31,572 bases of DNA from a virus. Within the stretch, counting starts at the first letter, position 1. Every line of letters begins with the position of its first letter. The stretch lies in IMG/VR virus record IMGVR_UViG_3300029171_000001. One strand, given 5' to 3'. Positions 24,455 through 31,572 of the stretch are shown here, piece after piece. Position numbers and translations under genes: made by a program. Below the pieces are notes generated by a model that worked only from the letters and a program-made list of their open reading frames with translations, was not told the DNA's origin and did not search any database.

Positions 24455-24512
24455 TTTGTTTATAAATAGCATAAAAACAAGAAAATACCACCTATTTATA
24501 AACAAAAAGTAC

Positions 24513-26399
24513 ATGGAACTTAATTTCGACCCAGATAGAATAAAAAAGATACTTGACAACATGGAAAACAGTCAACTCAAACAACTTGAGGAAGGTTTAG
24601 CCATGCCTAGCCCAGTAAAAAAACCTTTACCTATTTCTACAGTATCTTTTGATAGAGACGAAGCTCATGGTGATGCTTTGGCTGCAGCTATGGCAGATTT
24701 CAAAAAAGACAACATGCAAGATTTAACAGCTGGTGATAGTTTATATAGTGACGATGCCATGGAGTTTGATGATGTTGCATTTAGATCAAACTTTCAAAAA
24801 GACCCAAAATACAAAAAAGAACTTGAGAAAAACGCAGAATATATTGATAAACGTTATAGGGCTGGCTCTGTAAACGAAGAGGGTGAAAACTTAAATCTTC
24901 CAAAAGAAAAACCACAACTCACAAAACACAACAGAGAGTTAAACGCAAATTATTACGAAAATCAACCAAAATCAATGAAGGAATGGTCTGCTGAAGACGA
25001 AGGGCCTCAACCTGGAGATTCAGAATATCATTACCCAGGCCCAAATAAAAAACAATACGGATTAAGTAAATTTAATGATATTGACTGGCAAGTGCTTCAC
25101 GAAACCATTGTTGCAAATACAGAATTTCAAAACACTGGTAAAGTAGAAGGTAATCCAAGATTTTACGAAATACACGCAAGTGATTTAACAGATTCTGGCG
25201 AAGGAATGATGACACCTGAAGATCTTAATCTTTTAAAAGAACATGGTGTTTTAGATGTTACATCAAATCGTGTTACTTTCGGAGATAATAAATACTTAAA
25301 TTTTGACGATTTTTATCAAGCCGTACAAGATGCTTGGAGTAGAGGTTTTCCACCATCTCACAATGATAATAGTTCTGAAATTCCATATTTGAGAGGAAGA
25401 GAAATTGACGAAGAAGTAAACAAGGAATATGAAGATGAAAAAGAGTTTTACTTTGACACAAAATCTCTTTATCACTTTCTTCAAGATGCCTTTGATCAAC
25501 TTTCAATTTACAACGAAGCAGAAGCAGCTCAAATTCTTGAGAAAGAACTTTTAAAATATTACGATGTTACTCCAAAAAAACTTGAAGAGGCCTCAGGGAT
25601 ACTTAGACCAAAAGATGCTAATGGTGTTGACATTACAAACAAATCACGTGTAGTACACGTTGAAACTGGTTATATTGGTCATGTTTTAAGACCTGGTGTA
25701 AACGATAAAAGCGAACAAATTATTCAAGTTGATTGGATGAAAGATCCTTCTACAACTGATGGTCCTGGAAGAGATGTTTATCCTACTGAAATAGTAGTAG
25801 ATGATGATACCAGAATTGTAAGAGAAGCCACCTCTCATTCTATTCCAAACGGACGTTCTGCAAATGGTAGACCAGAAACTTTTCCAGGATATTTCGAAAG
25901 AGATATTGCGAACAAGAACCTTGCGAATAATGGTACTCCAGAAATTTTCTCTGCAAATAGAATCACAAACACAGAATTTGACATTATGGCAAACGCAAGA
26001 GCAATGAATGCTCAAAAAGAAGATCCTCTAATGAATATAGTACCAAAACCTGCTGTTGAAACTATTAAATACACAATGTACGAAAAAGAAAAACTTGAAG
26101 AGGGTTATGATTTTGCTGCCGCAGAAAGAGATTTTCACAACCAAGCCAACCTTGAAGATCTTGCTCAATATACTCAAAAAGCGATAGAAATATCAAACCC
26201 TAACGCAATTGTGATGTTGGCTAATAATAGCGAAAGAAGATTAAATTCCATCATGGATTCACTCAAAGAAGAATTGGAAGCAATGAGGGTTAATAACAAC
26301 ACTGTTATTGCGACAGATTACCTTGACACAAACTGGGTGTTTAACATCGACAAAGTAGATGATAGCACAGTATATGTAACATTTAAAAAACAACAATAA
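24513..26399 (+). CDS. large acidic hypothetical protein, possibly virion-associated
   Basis: probable start MELNFD after TATTTAT; recurrent LEE/VNE/VRE motifs. Confidence 0.75.
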   Translation: MELNFDPDRIKKILDNMENSQLKQLEEGLAMPSPVKKPLPISTVSFDRDEAHGDALAAAMADFKKDNMQDLTAGDSLYSDDAMEFDDVAFRSNFQKDPKYKKELEKNAEYIDKRYRAGSVNEEGENLNLPKEKPQLTKHNRELNANYYENQPKSMKEWSAEDEGPQPGDSEYHYPGPNKKQYGLSKFNDIDWQVLHETIVANTEFQNTGKVEGNPRFYEIHASDLTDSGEGMMTPEDLNLLKEHGVLDVTSNRVTFGDNKYLNFDDFYQAVQDAWSRGFPPSHNDNSSEIPYLRGREIDEEVNKEYEDEKEFYFDTKSLYHFLQDAFDQLSIYNEAEAAQILEKELLKYYDVTPKKLEEASGILRPKDANGVDITNKSRVVHVETGYIGHVLRPGVNDKSEQIIQVDWMKDPSTTDGPGRDVYPTEIVVDDDTRIVREATSHSIPNGRSANGRPETFPGYFERDIANKNLANNGTPEIFSANRITNTEFDIMANARAMNAQKEDPLMNIVPKPAVETIKYTMYEKEKLEEGYDFAAAERDFHNQANLEDLAQYTQKAIEISNPNAIVMLANNSERRLNSIMDSLKEELEAMRVNNNTVIATDYLDTNWVFNIDKVDDSTVYVTFKKQQ

Positions 26400-26400
26400 A

Positions 26401-26766
26401 ATGAAACTTTTTAGTAACGATCCTAAAAAAACCAGAACACAGTATGGTAAATTCATAACTCAAAAGAGCTGGTTTAAAACTGAAGAAGATTTAAATTTTG
26501 AAGATTCTTTTAAATTTTGGTTCGCCCTTATGTGGCAAAACAAATATATTCAATTAGCCACTCTTGGTCTTGTGGTTACAATAATAGAGTTATTCAATAT
26601 GGGAAACCTAATAGATACATATTATGAAAATATGCATGTCGATGGTTTTTGGGGTGGATTATTTAGTATAATTGGTATATTAATTATACCAGCTATGTTG
26701 GTACTTGTATCCTATAAAGGATTATGGCAATACTGGGATGACATGAAAAAAGGTAGATCCAGATAA
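26401..26766 (+). CDS. membrane protein
   Basis: two hydrophobic segments. Confidence 0.7.
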   Translation: MKLFSNDPKKTRTQYGKFITQKSWFKTEEDLNFEDSFKFWFALMWQNKYIQLATLGLVVTIIELFNMGNLIDTYYENMHVDGFWGGLFSIIGILIIPAMLVLVSYKGLWQYWDDMKKGRSR

Positions 26767-26835
26767 AATACTGGGATTTTTCCCAAAAGAAACGACCTAG
26801 GGCCGTTGCACATAACTGTGAAGTTACGATGTGTA

Positions 26836-26876
26836 GAACCCCAACCTTTTCGCTATCGGTTGGGGTTCACTTTTTC
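26836..26876 (+). terminator. intrinsic terminator
   Basis: GAACCCCAACC/GGTTGGGGTTC stem followed by ACTTTTT. Confidence 0.8.
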
Positions 26877-26917
26877 TGTTTTTTCAATTTCCTCCACATA
26901 TTTATTTTTAAAACAAA

Positions 26918-28141
26918 ATGCCAACTAAAGCTCCATATACTTTATCAAAATCAAAATCCCAAGCAGCTACCAAAAAAAGCGTCAACAAAACCAAAGACCC
27001 AGTTAAAGAGCTACTTAAAAGAAAGATAGACGCAATTATATCTTCTTATGAAAGAAGAATGCAGCCAAAAATTATACAATCCGCTTCTGAACAATTAAAA
27101 CACTATATAGACTCTGGGCAAATAAAACAATTTAATTTTACTCATGGCCCAGATTCACATTTAAATACTTTGTTAACAGCTGGTCTTATGACAATCGCTA
27201 TAAATAGCAATGACAACAAAGCAAAAAAAATAGTTGAGGATTCTTTATTGCCGTCAAAGAATCCAATTTTTCTAGATAGAATAGTTAAAAGTTATAATGG
27301 AAGCACACATTCAAAATTCCCTATAAAAAAATTAACACAACAAGTGATTAAAATTGCTGATGAATCTTTTCATTATGCTTTTAATGAGGCGTGGAAAATG
27401 TGGGTTGCCGATAATACTCGTGAAAACAAAATATTGTTAGGTGGTTTTATTGGTGAAATGGATAGTAGAATGACTGGAAATCAAGGAAGATTTTCAAGTA
27501 GTGGTTTTCCATTTCGTTGGAATTCTTTTAATCAAAATCCAGAGAAATTTCAAAACGTACAAGCTGGCCCACCAAATCAAGTTGATAAATCTAACCACAC
27601 AATAAGTTCTATTATAAAATATATTTACAGCAATAAAGACGCTGCTGGTATAGCTAGAATGGACGCATTTAATAAAGCTAATAAAGAAAACTATAATTTA
27701 GTTGTCTCAAACACAAAAAATAATTTGGCACCAATTGTATTTGATGGAGTTGTGAATTCAAAATTAGATTTTGAAGAGATATCAAAATTACATAAAGATT
27801 TCAAAAAAAATAAATCAATAGTTAAAAGCGTATTTAGTAATCTTCAAAGGAACAAAAACTTGGTAAACATGATTAATAATACATATAAAAAACACGGACT
27901 TAAACTGCCTAGTTTTGATACTTGGAATGCTTCTGATTTAAACAAAGGACCATCAGATAGAGGTGAACTTACTGCTGATAAACCAGAAATAGGAAGAGAC
28001 GAAAGAGGTAATCTTGCAAAAATAAAATACAATCAATATGGTGATAAAACTTATTCAAAACTTCAAGAAATAAGAACTATCATCAGAGAAACCTTAGAAA
28101 ACAACTTTAAACAAACAAACAATGGCAGCAGCATCAACTAA
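26918..28141 (+). CDS. basic hypothetical protein
   Basis: 407 aa ORF after TATTTAT. Confidence 0.75.
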   Translation: MPTKAPYTLSKSKSQAATKKSVNKTKDPVKELLKRKIDAIISSYERRMQPKIIQSASEQLKHYIDSGQIKQFNFTHGPDSHLNTLLTAGLMTIAINSNDNKAKKIVEDSLLPSKNPIFLDRIVKSYNGSTHSKFPIKKLTQQVIKIADESFHYAFNEAWKMWVADNTRENKILLGGFIGEMDSRMTGNQGRFSSSGFPFRWNSFNQNPEKFQNVQAGPPNQVDKSNHTISSIIKYIYSNKDAAGIARMDAFNKANKENYNLVVSNTKNNLAPIVFDGVVNSKLDFEEISKLHKDFKKNKSIVKSVFSNLQRNKNLVNMINNTYKKHGLKLPSFDTWNASDLNKGPSDRGELTADKPEIGRDERGNLAKIKYNQYGDKTYSKLQEIRTIIRETLENNFKQTNNGSSIN

Positions 28142-28277
28142 AAAACAAAACACACAAACCGTTTCTATAAGAATTAAATCAAAAAAGAAACGCCCTGGTA
28201 TTCACAGCAAAAAGAAGAGCGCAAAATTAAAAAGCTCTAAAAACTATGTGAAATTATATCGTGGTCAAGGACGTTAA
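28122..28277 (+). CDS. small very basic protein, 51 aa, ending YRGQGR (below ORF track cutoff)
   Basis: MAAASTKKQ...KRPGIHSK...KNYVKLYRGQGR; TAATG coupling to next gene. Confidence 0.75.
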   Translation: MAAASTKKQNTQTVSIRIKSKKKRPGIHSKKKSAKLKSSKNYVKLYRGQGR

Positions 28278-28858
28278 TGGATTCTATAAAAAAAATAATT
28301 GAAGAAACTTTAACCAATTTAATGGAAGATATTACCATTCCAATAAATGTTGGAGATGAAGTTCTTGGCGGTAAATTTAAAAACAAAAAAGTCAAAGTAA
28401 AAGAAATAGGTAAAAATGAAAAAGGGGACATTACAATAAACAATAAACCTCTTTTACGTTTTAGAACAATACAAGAAGACTTTTTACCATCATCTTCTTT
28501 TTATGAATCAATTATAAAAGTTTCAGATTTATATGTAGAATCTGACAACATGCTTGATGCTTATTATAAATCTAAAAACAGTATAGGTCCATCATCAAGA
28601 AGTACAGATAAACCTTTAACTGTATCTAAATTACTAGATGGGTCTCTTATATTATTGGATGGCCATCACAGAATAGCGGATTTAATAACGCAATTAGACA
28701 AACCATCTATTAATAAAATATTAAATTTAAAACTTAAAGCAATTGTTCACAATGAAAATTATAACAGCATTGAAGATATGCCGAGCGATTTTCAATACTG
28801 GTTACCATTTATAGACTGGGCTTACGCTACGTTTCCATCTACACAATATAAAAAATAA
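28277..28858 (+). CDS. hypothetical protein with ParB/Srx-like C-terminal domain
   Basis: LILLDGHHR. Confidence 0.65.
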   Translation: MDSIKKIIEETLTNLMEDITIPINVGDEVLGGKFKNKKVKVKEIGKNEKGDITINNKPLLRFRTIQEDFLPSSSFYESIIKVSDLYVESDNMLDAYYKSKNSIGPSSRSTDKPLTVSKLLDGSLILLDGHHRIADLITQLDKPSINKILNLKLKAIVHNENYNSIEDMPSDFQYWLPFIDWAYATFPSTQYKK

Positions 28859-28909
28859 AATATTGTGATTGTCAAAAAATATTATTATATTACATAAAAA
28901 GGAGGTCAC

Positions 28910-29377
28910 ATGAAAACACTACTGTTTTTAATAACAATGTATTTCAATCTTAATTTCGCTTTTTCTCAACAAGCAAACAATGATTGTGATAAAGATAAAA
29001 GCGACACAACTACATTTAGATACAGTAGAAAACACATGGTATCTGGAGCTCTATATAACGGAGCAAAAGAGGGAAACTACAATCACCTTGTTATGTTTCT
29101 AAACCCAAACATTTTCCTTTCTTTTTCTAGGGATACAATGGTTATTCAAACACATGAAATATCAAATTATCAAGCGCTTTCGTTTTTAAACAAACTTTCA
29201 GATATAACCCCGTATTCTATGTTTAAAATCATAGATTCAGCTAAATACAATGACCTAGACGTTATTGTAGTTCAACTTTTAAAAAACGAAGATAAAAAAG
29301 GTGTTTTAATGAATGTTTTTTTTATTCTTAATTCTGAAAACTTTATCACAGACATTGTGATAGAAAACCCAAACTAA
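28910..29377 (+). CDS. secreted hypothetical protein
   Basis: signal-peptide-like N-terminus; AGGAGG upstream. Confidence 0.65.
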   Translation: MKTLLFLITMYFNLNFAFSQQANNDCDKDKSDTTTFRYSRKHMVSGALYNGAKEGNYNHLVMFLNPNIFLSFSRDTMVIQTHEISNYQALSFLNKLSDITPYSMFKIIDSAKYNDLDVIVVQLLKNEDKKGVLMNVFFILNSENFITDIVIENPN

Positions 29378-29400
29378 AACATACTGGGAAATAAGTATAG

Positions 29401-29487
29401 AAGCGGATACTGGATTCGAACACAGTGACACCGTTTCTGGTGTTCGAGCTTATGAGACTCGTGAGATGACCCCTTCTCTAATCCGCA
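29401..29487 (-). tRNA. tRNA-Met(CAT), initiator-like, long variable arm
   Basis: 1:72 mismatch, loop CT-CAT-AA, bulged T stem. Confidence 0.7.
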
Positions 29488-29496
29488 ATATTTTTA

Positions 29497-29583
29497 TTAA
29501 CGCTTACTTATCCTGCGCAATTAGACGACATGCCCAATTAAGGACACACTTGGACTTGAACCAAAATCTTGTAAAGACATTAA
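29497..29583 (-). ncRNA. permuted tRNA-like RNA
   Basis: T arm TTGG-TTCAAGT-CCAA, closed acceptor-like hairpin, then D-arm-like GTCTAATTGCGCAGGAT, inside a terminal stem. Confidence 0.5.
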
Positions 29584-29589
29584 ATGTAG

Positions 29590-29674
29590 TAGCGGGAGTC
29601 AGATTCGAACTGACGTTCTCTTTCGAGTTAGAGGTTATGAGCCTCCGCTGGATCCACCTCCAGTCGATCCCGCA
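29590..29674 (-). tRNA. tRNA-Met(CAT), initiator-like, long variable arm
   Basis: 1:72 mismatch, loop CT-CAT-AA. Confidence 0.8.
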
Positions 29675-29679
29675 ATTTG

Positions 29680-29827
29680 TGGCGATGATAGGAATCGAAC
29701 CTATTTTCTCTGCGACATGCACCGCAGCGAGTTTTAGACCGACAGATTTTACAAACCAAACACCTATCTATAGTTCAGTGTCTTAAAAATCAAAATCTCA
29801 TTAAGTCTTCCATCTCTCTCCATCGCA
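29680..29827 (-). ncRNA. 148 nt expanded tRNA-like RNA
   Basis: GCGATG/CATCGC acceptor, ATAGG-TTCGATT-CCTAT T arm, variable hairpin, greatly enlarged anticodon region. Confidence 0.55.
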
Positions 29828-29838
29828 AACGTTTGTTG

Positions 29839-29924
29839 TACCAAAGGTGGGACTCGAACCCACAATTCCACAAGGGAACTCGCTTATGAGGCGAGCGCAA
29901 TTACCACATCTGACTCACTTTGGC
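29839..29924 (-). tRNA. tRNA(CAT), Met or Ile2, long variable arm
   Basis: loop CT-CAT-AA. Confidence 0.8.
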
Positions 29925-29964
29925 ATATTATAGACACTATAATGGTGTCTATAAATTTTTCTTG

Positions 29965-30047
29965 TTGAATAGACAGGATTTTAACCTGTGAACACATTAT
30001 GTGATCTGTGTTACACACAGACGGTTTTAACACTTACCTACTATCCA
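29965..30047 (-). tRNA. degenerate tRNA-Tyr(GTA)-like RNA
   Basis: TGGATAG/CTATTCA acceptor, loop GT-GTA-AC, variable hairpin, T loop TTAAAAT. Confidence 0.5.
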
Positions 30048-30161
30048 TGACATGATTTCTCATTTACTAACACTGTTTCAATTAGATCGAGCGTTGCATG
30101 CCACGCCGAGAGAGTTCGTGTTTGGCGGATGTTATCTCACTCACAACTATCAACACTATGT

Positions 30162-30485
30162 TTAGATGCTGGGATGTTTTGCATCCATTTCATCAATTAC
30201 ACTGAATGGTGATCCACCAATTCCAGAATATCTAATGTTTTCAAAACCATTTTCTTTCGTAATCAAAGATTCGCTTTCACTAATCGCACCAGTATATTTA
30301 TCAAAACCTTTTTTGTTTTCAATATTTCCTGTACTTGGATTATATGAACCCCAATCAGCTGGACGATCTGGTCCTATAGGCTCAACAAAGTATGTTTTAC
30401 CAGTTCGAAATGAATAGACATAGAATCTTCCAGTTTCATCTCTGTTTTCAAGGAATTTATACCTGAATTGCTGCATGTTTTTCAT
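30162..30485 (-). CDS. conserved-looking hypothetical protein
   Basis: DETGRF...S.RTGKTYFVEPI...WG...ESLIT.ENGF. Confidence 0.7.
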   Translation of the reverse strand: MKNMQQFRYKFLENRDETGRFYVYSFRTGKTYFVEPIGPDRPADWGSYNPSTGNIENKKGFDKYTGAISESESLITKENGFENIRYSGIGGSPFSVIDEMDAKHPSI

Positions 30486-30542
30486 AACTGTTTTTTTAGG
30501 GGTTTATAATTTATTTGTTTTTTTATTAGATAAAAAACCAAT

Positions 30543-30731
30543 TCACTTTAGTGAATTCAATTGAACCTTTAAATCTTGTATCTTTCTTTGATAATCAGAT
30601 ACACTGATTTCTTTGGTATTAGAAGTTTTTTTGGTCAACTCCATTCTCATTTCATCTTCCAAAAACTTAATCCTTTCCTGGATTTTCTTTCTCTTTTTTT
30701 CCTGGTTTGCCATATTCTTCTTTTTGCTCAA
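30543..30731 (-). CDS. small coiled-coil hypothetical protein
   Basis: 62 aa ORF. Confidence 0.55.
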   Translation of the reverse strand: MSKKKNMANQEKKRKKIQERIKFLEDEMRMELTKKTSNTKEISVSDYQRKIQDLKVQLNSLK

Positions 30732-31043
30732 CTTCGTTTGGTTCCTGCATTGATTTCATGTGTTGAGCATAAACATTCATCGCTGCAATTATTTGTTCAA
30801 TTTGGTGTGTGGAATTTATTAATCTAGTATTGTTTCCATCATCACCGTTTTTATTTTGCATTTATTTCTTTTCCTCCTCTCTACGGCATTGTTAAAGTCA
30901 ACAATACTCGTGTCAATATCGTCTTCATATAAACGACATTTTAATTTTAAATTGTTTATTACATAAAATGTAGATGCAAATACTAATCCAATAATAAACA
31001 ACTTTTCTTTTCTTCAATTTCAATTTTTCATATTTATTTTTTT

Positions 31044-31562
31044 TTATTTGTTTGTTCTTTTCTCTCTTCTTTTTTTACGCCCATTACCCTTATTAGCTCC
31101 TCCCCATGTGGCAGTGAGAGTATGACAGTTAGGGCAAAGTAATTTTAGATTGTTTAGATCATTATTTTCTGAATTACCATCTATATGCTCAAGTTGAATT
31201 GGTGTTTTTCCTGTATATTGATTCACTTTATTCCAACCGCACTCCATACACTTTTCGCCATGTTTATAAATTAAGTAGTCTTTATAACGATCTGAGGTGA
31301 AATTTGTTTCCCCTAATTCTATGGCTTTAAATGTTAATTTTTTTTTAAATAAACCTTGGCACTGATTACTACAAAATGATAAAGAACCTTTTTTAATTTC
31401 TTTACCACATTCCATACAATCTGGGCGTTTTTTCTTTTCTTTATTTCTGCCATTTGAACATTTTGTAGAACAAGTTTTTCTATATCTGCCTTTGTTAAAC
31501 TCGGCTTCCGTACAAGATATCTGGTATTTAGCATCACATTTTTCACAATTTAATGTATACAC
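31044..31562 (-). CDS. HNH endonuclease with N-terminal Zn-binding repeats
   Basis: CMECG...LEHIDGN...NLKLLCPNCH. Confidence 0.85.
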   Translation of the reverse strand: MYTLNCEKCDAKYQISCTEAEFNKGRYRKTCSTKCSNGRNKEKKKRPDCMECGKEIKKGSLSFCSNQCQGLFKKKLTFKAIELGETNFTSDRYKDYLIYKHGEKCMECGWNKVNQYTGKTPIQLEHIDGNSENNDLNNLKLLCPNCHTLTATWGGANKGNGRKKRREKRTNK

Positions 31563-31572
31563 ATTTCTTGGT

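Noticed and set aside
29928-29954. Inverted repeat TTATAGACAC/GTGTCTATAA as a distinct element
   Set aside because: Single AT-rich spacer hairpin; no function can be supported

Overview
AT-rich segment of a large (jumbo-type) phage, probably infecting Bacteroidota (TAnnTTTG promoter elements), using genetic code 11. It holds a ~9 kb minus-strand tRNA region (Asn x3, His x2, Thr x4, Lys x5, Ile x3 plus two Ile-like, Leu x2, Cys x2) and a second small cluster (CAT x3, Tyr-like). Genes interspersed with or near the tRNAs include a minimal HisRS, an RNA ligase, a YkuK RNase H-like protein, two HNH endonucleases, a release-factor-like gene, two multi-domain polyvalent proteins and many hypothetical ORFs. 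Main finding: each tRNA operon in the first region is preceded by a short leader ORF (too small for the ORF track) and an intrinsic terminator with antiterminator pairing. The leader codons match the downstream tRNA identities (N/H/T/K/I; L/C), suggesting ribosome-mediated attenuation that induces phage tRNAs when cognate charged tRNAs run low. Other signals: a release factor gene with two in-frame UGA codons, an RNA ligase starting at AUA, D-armless tRNA-like RNAs, permuted (YrlA-like) tRNA mimics and a six-copy ECF-type promoter. All folding and family calls were made by eye; nothing was computed or searched.
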